Shown: positions 9,701 to 19,867 of the stretch, piece after piece
Numbering within the stretch: the stretch's first letter is position 1
How the letters are laid out: each line of letters opens with the position of its first letter
DNA from: Candidatus Cloacimonadales bacterium
GTDB taxonomy: Bacteria; Cloacimonadota; Cloacimonadia; Cloacimonadales; JAIOQZ01
Assembly (NCBI GenBank): GCA_963665815.1
Contig: OY762463.1
Span: 3,264,001-3,328,000, forward strand
Reading direction: 5' to 3'
DNA: 64,000 nucleotides
The notes under the pieces: model-generated
What the model was told of the DNA's origin: nothing
Databases searched by the model: none
What the model saw: the letters and a program-made list of their open reading frames with translations, nothing else
Translations under genes and position numbers: made by a program

Positions 9701-10603
9701 TTGGATATCAGTAATATGGATTTGAGTACTTATAAATGCGGTTTTGTGGCTATTGTCGGAAGACCGAACGTCGGTAAATCTACCCTTATGAATAAGCTGG
9801 TAGGCGAAAAACTCTCTATAATATCTCCTAAACCTCAAACAACCCGAAGAAGCATCAAAGCGTTCATATCTGACGAAGAAAAGCAGATTGTTTTTCTCGA
9901 TACACCCGGTTTTCTGAAACCACGCTATGAACTCCAGACAAAGCTGCTTGAGTATATTGATAACGCCCTTCAGGATGCAGATGTAATTATCTTTATGACG
10001 ATTGGAAAGTCTTTCCCGACTGACTACGATAAAGAGTTTCTGGAGATAATGAAGAAAATCCGGACTCCCAAGATTGGTATTTTCAATAAATCCGATATGA
10101 TTGATGCTGAGAAGAGAGCAGAACTGGATAATCTGGAAGAGGGTAATATTTTCGATGAAGTATACCATATCTCTGCCCTGAATGATGATAATTTTGATGA
10201 GCTGATAAAATCTATTACAAAGTATCTGCCGTTCAGCCCTCCGCTTTACGATCCGGAAGACATCTCTGATATGCCGATGAAATTCTTTGTAGAGGAAATA
10301 ATCAGAGAGAAGATATTCCTGAATTATTCGGATGAGATACCATATTCTTCAACCGTAACTGTGGAGAAGTACAAGGATCACGAGAACAAGGTGGAAATCC
10401 ATGCCAATATCTGGCTGGAGCGGGATACTCAGAAAATGATTCTTCTCGGTAAAAACGGAGCAATGATTAAACAATTGCGCATTGATTCTGAGAAGGAAAT
10501 CCATAAATTTGTGCAGAAACGTGTAAAACTGAATCTCTGGGTCAAAATTAAGAAGGGTTGGCGTAAAAAGAAGAATGCGATGAAAGAGTTCGGGTATAGG
10601 TAG
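9701..10603 (+). CDS. era: GTPase Era
   Basis: GRPNVGKSTL, PQTTR, DTPG, NKSD and KH domain. TTG start at 9701 is preceded by AAGGAG (ATG at 9716 is an alternative). Confidence 0.95.
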   Translation: MDISNMDLSTYKCGFVAIVGRPNVGKSTLMNKLVGEKLSIISPKPQTTRRSIKAFISDEEKQIVFLDTPGFLKPRYELQTKLLEYIDNALQDADVIIFMTIGKSFPTDYDKEFLEIMKKIRTPKIGIFNKSDMIDAEKRAELDNLEEGNIFDEVYHISALNDDNFDELIKSITKYLPFSPPLYDPEDISDMPMKFFVEEIIREKIFLNYSDEIPYSSTVTVEKYKDHENKVEIHANIWLERDTQKMILLGKNGAMIKQLRIDSEKEIHKFVQKRVKLNLWVKIKKGWRKKKNAMKEFGYR

Positions 10604-10693
10604 CATTCTGAGTTTCGATGAAATAGAAGATTTCATCAACTTCCCTGAGCGATGAAAGAATTTTATTTACATCTAAAAGCTTTGCATCCTTCG

Positions 10694-10792
10694 GCATTTT
10701 CGTCTTTTTCTCTTGTATAGTAAATTTTTCCGTTAAGAAATCCTGAAGCCTTGGAAGGATTTCAGGGAAGATTTATGGTTTCGACTTGTTGA
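10694..10792 (+). repeat. Internal fragment of the MITE-like element, embedded among REP-like palindromes
   Basis: About 100 nt nearly identical to the reverse complement of ~14426-14523 and to ~58262-58358 (GTATAGTAAATTTT..AAGAAATCCTGAAGCCTTGGAAGGATTT); no TIRs. Confidence 0.8.
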
Positions 10793-11047
10793 GGGACTAT
10801 GCAATTAGCAATTCACCTGGTGTGTTTTGGTATTATTTGCCGCTGGTTTCGATTCAGCTCAACCAACTTAAACTACTGATAATGTATGTTTTATAAGTTC
10901 CCTGAGCGGAGTCGAAGGGGATATGCTGTGAATAAAAGAAACGACAAAAATTACTTGTTTCAAAGTCTGTCAATCAACTTAACCTGCTGATAAGGACAGA
11001 GTTGTTAGTCCCATAAGTACCGATGACGTCGAAAAAAGGAAAACCCT

Positions 11048-11689
11048 CTACTTCCCTCTGTCTTCTCCGGGCCAGACGTATTTGTGCATCTGCAGCTGCA
11101 TTCTCACATTCAATTGATCGCTTACTATCCTGTCAGCAATTTCCGAAAGAATGAGTTTATCCGTGTTTACTGAGAACAGAATATTACCTGTATTGATAGT
11201 ATTCTCTTTAACAAACTCTTTGGCAAATCTGTAGTCATCAAATGAAGACAGGACAAATTTAATCTCATCATCTGGTGTGATATGTTTGAGATTAACAGGA
11301 TTAAACGAATCCCCACTACCGGAGTCAGGACATTTTACATCGATAATACGGTGCACATATTCAGGAACATCTTCAATGCTGTATGACCCGTTTGTTTCCA
11401 TGAGAATAGTGTAGTCATTTCTGTGAAGTTCCTCAATCAGCAGAAGACATTCGGATTTTTGTAGAAGAGGTTCACCACCTGTGATTTCAACAAGTTTAAC
11501 ATGCTTCCATTTTTTAATCTCAGATATTATTTCTGCCACAGAAAGGCATAATTCAGAGTCAAAAGCATATATGGCATCGCAATAAGAACAACGTAGGTTA
11601 CAGCCGGCAAAGCGGATAAACACACATGGAAATCCGGCAAATGTTGATTCACCTTGTAGGCTGCAGAAAATTTCGGATAGTTTAATCAT
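11048..11689 (-). CDS. queE: 7-carboxy-7-deazaguanine synthase QueE-like radical SAM protein
   Basis: EIFCSLQGE, CNLRCSYCD, ITGGEP, ETNG and QLQMHK motifs. Confidence 0.85.
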   Translation of the reverse strand: MIKLSEIFCSLQGESTFAGFPCVFIRFAGCNLRCSYCDAIYAFDSELCLSVAEIISEIKKWKHVKLVEITGGEPLLQKSECLLLIEELHRNDYTILMETNGSYSIEDVPEYVHRIIDVKCPDSGSGDSFNPVNLKHITPDDEIKFVLSSFDDYRFAKEFVKENTINTGNILFSVNTDKLILSEIADRIVSDQLNVRMQLQMHKYVWPGEDRGK

Positions 11690-12882
11690 GAGAACGGCAG
11701 GTAAGGAAAGTTTTTATTATAGTTAAGATAAGAATTGATTTTAGTGAGAATCTCTTGTGGACATCCAAAGACAAATTTCTTTCGTCCGTTAATGCTGAAG
11801 GTCTCATATTCAGATATATTCACATCGAACTCTTTCAGGAACTCATAGTCTCCGTAAAGAGGTTTTCCGCGATATACAAACAGAGATATCATAGACATAT
11901 CGGCTTGAATTATATTCTCAAACGGATCGTCCATTTTTGCATCAAGCAGTAGGATTTCATCGGTATTTTCTGCCAGTTGACCTTCATTATGATTGAGGTA
12001 CATAGCTTTGGCAGCGTTAGTACTTACCATTTCATAGATCTTTCTGGCTTCCAGTTCCGGCAGATGGTCTCTGGTTTCTTTCATCTCTGCAAAGAGATTT
12101 GGAGAACCGGACATTGTTGAGTCTGTACCAATAACTATATTCACACCATGTTTCAGACAGGCTTCAATGTTAAGAGTCTGATCCAGCAGGAAATAATTAG
12201 AGCCCGGACACCAGCAGATACTTGCTCCGACTGCAGCAACCTTTTTGATTTCCTCTTCAGTAAAGGAAACACAATGAATCAGCAAACTGTTTGGCTGAAG
12301 CAGATCATTATGGCAAAGCACGTTGAACTCATTTCTGGTCTGCTCATCCATACCTTCACCGATATGTATCACAAAAGGCATTTCTCCCTTAGAGGCTTCC
12401 ATTTCCGCATGAGGAGATAGACCTCCCCACCAATTATCCAGAGTGATGGAGTGAACCTGACGGTAATCCTTGAGAACATTGATGGGATAGAGATTGTAAT
12501 ATTCATCTACCTGGTTAGGGCAGTGATCGAAGACCGTAGAGACCCCCGAGAAAACATTCTTGAAAATCCCCAGCTTGACAATAAGCGGAGCATTACCATT
12601 CATCAGCTTGAATGAACCGTCATTAGTCCATACTTTATTTCGCTCGAGGAATGGTGGAGTGTATTTCATGTCTTCCACCCAGATATGGCTGTTAATGTAT
12701 GGTCTTTTATTTGCAGCCCTTGGTACCCAGTTACCGATTAAATGATCGTGAGAATTGAGTAACGGAGGATAAGCAAACGTGTCAGGCAGGATGAAAGAAC
12801 GGTCTGAGGCAGAAGCCATAGTGACTTCCGCCTTCAACACGGTTTCTGGATTGAAAATTGTTTTTCCGGCTGCAATTTTCAT
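11686..12882 (-). CDS. Amidohydrolase superfamily protein
   Basis: NSHDHL, IHIGEG, LIHCV, CPGSN and GTDS metal-binding motifs. Confidence 0.8.
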   Translation of the reverse strand: MKIAAGKTIFNPETVLKAEVTMASASDRSFILPDTFAYPPLLNSHDHLIGNWVPRAANKRPYINSHIWVEDMKYTPPFLERNKVWTNDGSFKLMNGNAPLIVKLGIFKNVFSGVSTVFDHCPNQVDEYYNLYPINVLKDYRQVHSITLDNWWGGLSPHAEMEASKGEMPFVIHIGEGMDEQTRNEFNVLCHNDLLQPNSLLIHCVSFTEEEIKKVAAVGASICWCPGSNYFLLDQTLNIEACLKHGVNIVIGTDSTMSGSPNLFAEMKETRDHLPELEARKIYEMVSTNAAKAMYLNHNEGQLAENTDEILLLDAKMDDPFENIIQADMSMISLFVYRGKPLYGDYEFLKEFDVNISEYETFSINGRKKFVFGCPQEILTKINSYLNYNKNFPYLPFS

Positions 12883-12896
12883 AGCTTTCTCTTTAT

Positions 12897-14072
12897 CTAT
12901 GAATCGAATTTTTTATTCAGTAGTGGGAGGATTTCGAACAAATCTCCAACTATACCGATGTCTGCCATTTTGAAGATAGGAGCATCCGGATCTTTATTTA
13001 TTGCAATTATATAATCGGATGATGACATACCTGCCAGATGCTGAATAGCACCGGAGATTCCGACTGCAATGTATATTTTAGGTTTAATAGTTTTACCGGT
13101 TTGGCCAACTTGATGAGGATAGGAAATCCACTCAGAATCAACTGCTGCTCTGGAAGCCCCTACAGCACCATCAAGGTGTTTTGCAAGTTTATGAAGCATA
13201 TCAAAGTTTTTGGGTTCTTTGAGACCTCTACCACCGGAAACGACGAAATTAGCTTCGGTAATGTTAACTGTCTGGGTTTCGTCCTTTGTATAGCCTTTGT
13301 ATTCTGAATTCAGTTTATCGAACTCGACTTCTTCTACGATGACAGTCCCGGAACGAGTTGTGTCTTTTGCGCATGGAGTCATTACTTTATGACGTACTGT
13401 AGCCATTTGCGGACGGTGGTTAGGTGTTACAATTGTTGCCATAATGTTACCACCGAAGGCTGGTCTTGTCTGAAGAAGATCACCGGATTCAGAATCTATT
13501 TCCAGACCTGTACAATCGGCTGTCAAACCTGTTTCCAAGTTCACAGCTACACGAGGAATGAATGATCTTCCAAGATTTGTAGCACCGCATAAAACGATTT
13601 CTGGTTTGTATTTACTGATTAATGTACTGAATACTTTTGAGTATGGCACATCAAGGAAATCTTTTAATACAGGGTTATTCACAACGATAACTTTATCTGC
13701 TCCGTAAGCGATAAGTTCTTCGGATAAATGTTCAACATTTTCACCGAAAACAACTGCTGTGAGTTCGTTTTCAATCTGATCAGCCAGTTCTCTTCCTTTA
13801 CCAAGCAGTTCAAAAACAACCTGCGCAATTTCATTATTATGCTGTTCAGCGAATACCCATACACCTTTATATGCACTTTTGTCTATAGCTTCTTTTTGTT
13901 GTTTTCTTACGAATATTGCATCGAACGGACAAGCACTGACACAAGCTCCACAAAGTGTACATTTATCTGCATCAATTTCAGCGAGTTTGTCATTAATAGC
14001 AATAGCATCATAAGCACATGCTTTCAAGCAGGCTCCGCATCCAATACATTTTTCGACAATAACTTCAATCAT
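12897..14072 (-). CDS. etfA: Electron transfer flavoprotein alpha subunit with N-terminal 2x[4Fe-4S] ferredoxin domain
   Basis: CIGCGACLKAC and CTLCGACVSACP, followed by LTADCT, QVGQTGK, GISGAIQH and INKDPDAPIF. Confidence 0.93.
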   Translation of the reverse strand: MIEVIVEKCIGCGACLKACAYDAIAINDKLAEIDADKCTLCGACVSACPFDAIFVRKQQKEAIDKSAYKGVWVFAEQHNNEIAQVVFELLGKGRELADQIENELTAVVFGENVEHLSEELIAYGADKVIVVNNPVLKDFLDVPYSKVFSTLISKYKPEIVLCGATNLGRSFIPRVAVNLETGLTADCTGLEIDSESGDLLQTRPAFGGNIMATIVTPNHRPQMATVRHKVMTPCAKDTTRSGTVIVEEVEFDKLNSEYKGYTKDETQTVNITEANFVVSGGRGLKEPKNFDMLHKLAKHLDGAVGASRAAVDSEWISYPHQVGQTGKTIKPKIYIAVGISGAIQHLAGMSSSDYIIAINKDPDAPIFKMADIGIVGDLFEILPLLNKKFDS

Positions 14073-14275
14073 TTGAGCTCCTTAAAAGTAATAAATATAA
14101 TTTTCAGCATAATCAAATTTCAAAATTTTTTTTATTCTTAAGTAAATCTTATATGCCTGAGAAGTAGTGTTATATAACGATTTAAGCATATTAGACAGAT
14201 TTTAGATTATGCAAAACTTTTATCTGTTATATAAAATTGAGAATAAATGGTGTGTCAAGTATTTTTGTTTACCTA

Positions 14276-14659
14276 TTGGAATCCCCCCGTTTTTTCTTGA
14301 AAATCTGACTTCAAGAAAATTGGAAGGATTTTTAGCAGACATTTCTTAGAAAAATGCATTCTTCATTTTCTTTGGTGCCAAAGAAAACGAAACAAAAGAA
14401 AGGCACTCTTTTTCTAAATGTATTTTCAGCAAGCTGAAACCATAAATCTTTCCTAAAATCCTTCCAAGGCTTCAGGATTTCTTAACGGAAAAATTTACTA
14501 TACAAGAGAAAAGACGAAAATGCTATCATCAATGCAAAACAATCATACTTAGTTCAAAGCTATTACATTGATTCATATTTTCCACTGATTTACTGTTTCA
14601 AAACTTTTATTTATAATAAGTTATACATACATTGTATTTGGTTTTCGGGGGGATGCCTA
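14276..14659. mobile_element. MITE-like non-autonomous element, copy 1 (384 bp)
   Basis: Imperfect 14-bp TIRs TTGGAATCCCCCCG / CGGGGGGATGCCTA. A perfect direct repeat TTTTTGTTTACCTA flanks it (14262-14275 and 14660-14673). An inverted second copy lies at 58128-58545. Confidence 0.85.
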
Positions 14660-14722
14660 TTTTTGTTTACCTATACTATCAAAACTGAATGAGATTGTGT
14701 GCTTTGGGTAATATCTGACTGC

Positions 14723-16480
14723 CTATTTCAGCAATACAGCTTTGCTCACTGATGTCTTTTTATCAACCTTAAGTTTTATCAGATAGACTCCTGAAGAATT
14801 ACTCTGTGAGCTTTCTCCACTGTCCCATGTAATTTCATGTCTGCCTTTGCTATAGACTTTATCTGTCAGAATAGCAATCTTTTGTCCTTTAATATTAAAC
14901 ACTGTGCATTCCACTTTTGCAGAATTCTGAGCTATATTAAAACTGATATTCAACCTTGGATTGAATGGGTTTGGATACACTGAAAAACCTGCAATATCAT
15001 TATAGTTTGAGTTATCTTCAGAAGAAGCGTTCGGCATAATAATTGAAAGGTTTGTAATGCTGTCCTGATAGACCTCAACATTATTCACAATGTACGGATC
15101 ATAGTCGGGATGCTCTATTCTGAGAGTATACATTCCCGGATCAAGTATTCTGTAGAATCGACCATACAAAGAATCAGATTTGAAAGGTTCAACAGTAGAG
15201 TAACCTGTCTGATCATCAACTTCCTCGACATAAACATCACAAATTAAAGGTTCACCAAGTGAGTTAGTGACTTTACCGTATATTGTACTGTGATTGACTC
15301 TATTCATCATAACAATTGGTGCATATCGATTTGCAATACAGATCGCATCAATTTCTTCAGGTATGTATTCGTCACCGAGCTCAATAGTGTAACCGAAAAT
15401 TCTTTCTTCCGAATAACTCCAGTCACCCATTGTTCCCTGGCATGTATAGTTGAAATTGTTTGCCTGATAATAGCCATAAGTATTAGGGCTGTTCAATTTT
15501 GGAATAGTAACAGCCATATCATGAGCAAGTTGATGCATGTATAGACTGTCGAGTGATCTTGCTCCGTCAATATGTCCAAGGGGATATAGTATGTATTGTG
15601 CGTAAGAGTGGTACGTTATCCCGGCATAGAATTTCCTATGCTGAAGCAAATCTCTGATGTATTGTGTTTCTATTTCAGACCAGGCTTCAGGACCATGGTA
15701 AATGTTAGACCAGGGATAGTTGCTTGTTCCGTTATCCCCCCAAACATAACCAAAGTTCCTGTTCAGATCTACTCCGTCTACATTACCACCATCCGGAGCC
15801 ATATTATCATTATTGTCTCTTATATTCTTTCTGTGAGTCGTACTTGAATCTTCTATAACCATTGTGTATCCGTCAGGATTTATGATAGGAACAAACCAGA
15901 TTTGCTGAGAATTAACAATATTTGTTATTTCCGGATCGGTACCGTAGTTCTCAAGAATATAGCTGAGAGCAGCCATTGTAACCTCAACAGATATCAGCTC
16001 GTTAGAATGGATTCCACCCATGACATAAGCATTGGGTTCTTCCTCTTCCTGAGTAGGATTGTCAGAGACTTTCAAACACCAGACCTCATGTTGATAGTTC
16101 GCATAATTAGTGTTTCCGTTATTAAATAGTATTTTACCTGTGGAAGGTCCGAGAGAAGACAAATCAGTTATAGTCGGATATAGAATGGATAAAGTCTGAA
16201 GTTCCTGAATCACTTCAGTATAAGTTCTGTATAAGCTGGGGTCATTTCTCAGTGTTTTTTCTGTTATAACAGGATTATATCCCAGACCTCTTAAATCCGA
16301 GAGTTGCGATTCATCAATTATTATCTCAACGCAATCCGGTAATTCTTTGAAAGTAATGTTTCTTTCCGCCAGGATACTTAGATCGAACTCATCATAATCA
16401 TTAAGTCTGTAAAAATTGTCTGAAAGCAAAGGGATTGTAAACAGAACAAATACTGATAAGATTGAAAAAAGTCTTCTCAT
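14723..16480 (-). CDS. Secreted M14 zinc carboxypeptidase with C-terminal FlgD-Ig/T9SS-like domain
   Basis: Signal peptide; GIHSNE, NPDG, RKN, GVDLNRNF, TYHSY and YTIE motifs; C-terminal YPNPFNP...FNIKGQK...SGVY. Confidence 0.88.
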   Translation of the reverse strand: MRRLFSILSVFVLFTIPLLSDNFYRLNDYDEFDLSILAERNITFKELPDCVEIIIDESQLSDLRGLGYNPVITEKTLRNDPSLYRTYTEVIQELQTLSILYPTITDLSSLGPSTGKILFNNGNTNYANYQHEVWCLKVSDNPTQEEEEPNAYVMGGIHSNELISVEVTMAALSYILENYGTDPEITNIVNSQQIWFVPIINPDGYTMVIEDSSTTHRKNIRDNNDNMAPDGGNVDGVDLNRNFGYVWGDNGTSNYPWSNIYHGPEAWSEIETQYIRDLLQHRKFYAGITYHSYAQYILYPLGHIDGARSLDSLYMHQLAHDMAVTIPKLNSPNTYGYYQANNFNYTCQGTMGDWSYSEERIFGYTIELGDEYIPEEIDAICIANRYAPIVMMNRVNHSTIYGKVTNSLGEPLICDVYVEEVDDQTGYSTVEPFKSDSLYGRFYRILDPGMYTLRIEHPDYDPYIVNNVEVYQDSITNLSIIMPNASSEDNSNYNDIAGFSVYPNPFNPRLNISFNIAQNSAKVECTVFNIKGQKIAILTDKVYSKGRHEITWDSGESSQSNSSGVYLIKLKVDKKTSVSKAVLLK

Positions 16481-16553
16481 TTATCCTCCGGAAGAATTAA
16501 TAGTTTTACATTATACACATTGCAAGCATTTTTAGTGAAATAAAGACATTTCA

Positions 16554-16805
16554 TTAACTACTCCGATTATGCGAAGATATCCATTTGTAAAATATTTCGC
16601 ATTTAAAAGCACAAGTTGAATTACAGGAGCTACAGGCAGAAGAACCTTTAATTTCTTCAATCAGCTCTTTTCTTATCAACATCTGTATCATATCAGCTAC
16701 GGCACCTTTGTCAATATTAAAGTGCAGACTCAAATCTTTCAGCGAAACAATTTTGTTCGCTTTTATGTAATCTTTAACTGATCTGATCATTTTCGACACC
16801 GACAA
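16554..16805 (-). CDS. feoC: FeoC-like winged-helix protein
   Basis: wHTH followed by CSSCNSTC Cys cluster; last gene of the feo operon (ATG at 16790 is an alternative start). Confidence 0.7.
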   Translation of the reverse strand: MSVSKMIRSVKDYIKANKIVSLKDLSLHFNIDKGAVADMIQMLIRKELIEEIKGSSACSSCNSTCAFKCEIFYKWISSHNRSS

Positions 16806-16831
16806 ATACTGTTTATATCACAGGAATCAGG

Positions 16832-17131
16832 TTATTCATTCCCTGAACCTATACTTTTTATCATTATATTTTCTGCAAGAAGACGGGACAAGATGAATCG
16901 ACTGTCATTAACTCCGACTACAATGGAATTCTCAGACGGATGATTCTTCAGAACTTTTATTACAGCTCCGTTGTACATTCCCATTTCTATTGTTTTTCTG
17001 TTATTATTGCAGAGAATAATGTATTCTTGTGATTCCTGACCTTCTGTAAGACAGGTATGATCTCTGTGAATATGTCTGCGACATTTTCCATGATTTTTAC
17101 AATGTCTGTGATTCTTTAGCCAACCAAACAT
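16832..17131 (-). CDS. feoA: FeoA family protein with His/Cys-rich N-terminus
   Basis: IEMGMYNGAVIKV...SRFILSRLLAENIMI SH3-like pattern; adjacent to feoB. Confidence 0.7.
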   Translation of the reverse strand: MFGWLKNHRHCKNHGKCRRHIHRDHTCLTEGQESQEYIILCNNNRKTIEMGMYNGAVIKVLKNHPSENSIVVGVNDSRFILSRLLAENIMIKSIGSGNE

Positions 17132-19444
17132 TTATACTCCTTCCGAAAAATCATTTCTTTTTCCATAAAATCTAAGTGAAATTACAAATACGGCAATAAC
17201 CGATGTAACAATTCCCAACCATACTGCTGAACCTGCAGGATGCGCTGCAAACGTTGCAATCTGATAGAAGAACGTAGATAACAACCAGGCAAGTAATGTG
17301 AGATATAATAAGGCGAATGTCATCCACTTGAAGTTTGTTTCTCTGTAGATTGCTCCTATCACTGCTATACATGGTGCATAAATAAGTATGAACAGCATGT
17401 AGGCGAATGCTGCACTCTTTGATCCGAATCTCTCCATCATTACCTGCTCGGAGGTTGTGGATAAACCTGATTCCTGATTCTTAACATCTGTAGAAACCTG
17501 ACTGAGCGCTGATGGATCTTTCATTGCATGACCAAAGTCCCTAAATCCTTGTGGTATCTCCAAGAAGGATTGTCCTATTTCGTGCCAGAACCTGAATTCT
17601 TCAGGATCAGCATCCATTTCCAGATCAGATGAATAAAGAGCGTCAAGAGTGCCTACTACAGCTTCTTTTGCCATTATTCCTGTGAACAATCCTACAGTTG
17701 CCGGCCAGTTATCGGAGGAGATTCCCATTGGGTGAAACACAGGTGTTATTGCTTTACCAATTTCACTGAGTAAAGTCTGATCGAGCGGATGCTCTCCTAT
17801 TGTACCGTCTGCTCCAATTGCACTGAGAATATTAAGTATAACAACTACAACAAGTATAACTTGTCCGGCTTTCCAGATAAAGCTTTTCAGTTTTTGCCAG
17901 GTATGGAGCATTATCCCGTTGAATGTTGGTATATGATAAGGAGGGAGCTCCATTACAAATGTGGAAATCTCGCCCTTAAGAATAGTCTTTTTAAACAGCA
18001 ATCCTGACAGTATTGCCAGTACAATTCCAATAAGGTAAATCAGGAATATATATGTTCCACCAGCTTTTCCAAAGAAAACAGAAGCAAACAATACATAGAC
18101 CGGCATTCTTGCCCCGCAGGACATGAATGGATTTATCAGGATAGACAGTAATCTGTCTTTATTGTTATCCAGAGTCCTGGTAGCCATAATAGCTGGGACA
18201 TTACAACCAAAGCCTACAAGCATCGGGATGAATGCTTTTCCCGGAAGCCCAATAAAGCGCATGAATCTATCCATGATGAATGCTGCTCTTGCCATGTAAC
18301 CGGAATCTTCGAGAATTGCAAGACTAAGAAACATGAACAGTATTCGGGGAATGAAGGTTGCAACAACCTGAATACCGCCACCGATACCATTTGCCAGAAA
18401 GACTGTCAAGCCTTCCGGTGTATTCATTTTTCTTAAAAGGACTGCAAAGCCATCCACGAAAATAGCTCCCGTGAATCGATCAAAAAAATTAATAAAAGGA
18501 TCACCAACGTTGATTGTTATAAGAAAAACAAGATACATTACTCCAAGGAATAGAGGTACACCTATTGTTCTGTTCAGAGCTACTCTGTCAATAATGTCAG
18601 AAACAGTTCTTCTGAGTTCGGTTTCTCTTCTGACAACATCTTTTACAAGTCCATGTATAAAGCCATATCGACCGTCAGCAATTACAATATCTGTTTCGTC
18701 ACCAACATGTCTGCTGATTCTCTCTGACTGTCCCTGGATTATGTTACTTATCTCGGTAACAGACTGAGGATTATTCAAAGTATTGGAAATGATTTCCAGA
18801 GCTGTTTTATCTTTTTCAAGTAGTTTTATTGCAAGCCATCTTTTCTTTACTGTGAATTCGACACCGCATTCTTCCAGTGTATTGGCAATACATTTTACAG
18901 CTTGTTCTACAATCTCGTCATATACAACCTGAGTTCTTGGAACATTCTTTTTCTCAGCATGTTCGAGTATATTATTTTTAAGCTCTTCAATCCCTTCTTT
19001 TCTACTGGCAGTAATTGTATTAACTGGACAGTCCAGATGGTAAGCCAGATGTTCAATATCAATACGAATTTTTTTTTGAAGAGCAATATCCATCATGTTG
19101 ATAACAAGAATCATCGGAACTTTCATTTCGAGAAGCTGAGTTGTGAGATACAGGTTTCTTTCCAGATTGGAAGCATCAACAATGTTGACTACCAGATCAG
19201 GCTTTTCCTGAAGAATGTAGTCGCGAGCCACTTTTTCATCCATTGAGAAGGCAGAGAAGGAGTATATACCGGGAAGGTCTATAACCTCAATTTTCGTGTC
19301 TTTATGAGTAAAGGTACCTTCTTTCCTCTCGACGGTAACTCCAGCCCAGTTGCCAACTCGCTGTTTAGCTCCGGTCAGGGCATTAAACAGTGTTGTTTTG
19401 CCTGAATTAGGATTACCGGTCAGTGCAATTCTAAGATTATTCAC
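17132..19444 (-). CDS. feoB: Ferrous iron transporter B
   Basis: GNPNSGKT, VGNWAGVTVE, DLPG, LEDSGYMAR and FGCNVPA motifs. Confidence 0.97.
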   Translation of the reverse strand: MNNLRIALTGNPNSGKTTLFNALTGAKQRVGNWAGVTVERKEGTFTHKDTKIEVIDLPGIYSFSAFSMDEKVARDYILQEKPDLVVNIVDASNLERNLYLTTQLLEMKVPMILVINMMDIALQKKIRIDIEHLAYHLDCPVNTITASRKEGIEELKNNILEHAEKKNVPRTQVVYDEIVEQAVKCIANTLEECGVEFTVKKRWLAIKLLEKDKTALEIISNTLNNPQSVTEISNIIQGQSERISRHVGDETDIVIADGRYGFIHGLVKDVVRRETELRRTVSDIIDRVALNRTIGVPLFLGVMYLVFLITINVGDPFINFFDRFTGAIFVDGFAVLLRKMNTPEGLTVFLANGIGGGIQVVATFIPRILFMFLSLAILEDSGYMARAAFIMDRFMRFIGLPGKAFIPMLVGFGCNVPAIMATRTLDNNKDRLLSILINPFMSCGARMPVYVLFASVFFGKAGGTYIFLIYLIGIVLAILSGLLFKKTILKGEISTFVMELPPYHIPTFNGIMLHTWQKLKSFIWKAGQVILVVVVILNILSAIGADGTIGEHPLDQTLLSEIGKAITPVFHPMGISSDNWPATVGLFTGIMAKEAVVGTLDALYSSDLEMDADPEEFRFWHEIGQSFLEIPQGFRDFGHAMKDPSALSQVSTDVKNQESGLSTTSEQVMMERFGSKSAAFAYMLFILIYAPCIAVIGAIYRETNFKWMTFALLYLTLLAWLLSTFFYQIATFAAHPAGSAVWLGIVTSVIAVFVISLRFYGKRNDFSEGV

Positions 19445-19850
19445 CCGAATCTCCTGAGATCACAATACCCTTTTCATCAAGTTTATCTATCAGTTTTTCC
19501 AATTGTCTCATTGTTACATCATCCAGAGAATGTTCAATGCTGCACGCATTGTTTTCTGCAATTTCATGAGGAATACTAAGATATTTGTGGAAAAAATCTG
19601 TGAGTGTTTTATGACGTTTGTATATCTTCTCGGCTACCTGCTTGCCTTTATCTGTAAGTTCAATCTGACCGTATTTATGGTGCACAACAAGAGTTTTTTC
19701 TTCCAGTTGCTTAACAGCTGAAACAGCCGATGATTTTTTAACATCCATCTTCAGGGCAAGATCGGTAATTCTTACCGGAGCTCCCTGATTATGCAGAAGT
19801 AGTATGCATTCAAGGTAATCACCTTTACTTTGTCCCAGATTCTGAATCAT
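19437..19850 (-). CDS. DtxR/MntR family metal-dependent regulator
   Basis: DYLECI, HTH, LTDKG, KRHKTL and ACSIEH motifs; overlaps the feoB start. Confidence 0.9.
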   Translation of the reverse strand: MIQNLGQSKGDYLECILLLHNQGAPVRITDLALKMDVKKSSAVSAVKQLEEKTLVVHHKYGQIELTDKGKQVAEKIYKRHKTLTDFFHKYLSIPHEIAENNACSIEHSLDDVTMRQLEKLIDKLDEKGIVISGDSGE

Positions 19851-19867
19851 AGCATCTCCTTGAATCT

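Noticed and set aside
11048..11689. queE as part of a Dpd 7-deazaguanine DNA-modification defence island
   Set aside because: There are no dpdA/tgt-like or other dpd genes nearby, and composition is typical of the core genome.
14276..14659. CRISPR array or coding IS
   Set aside because: There is no repeat-spacer periodicity and no transposase ORF; it is treated as a MITE.
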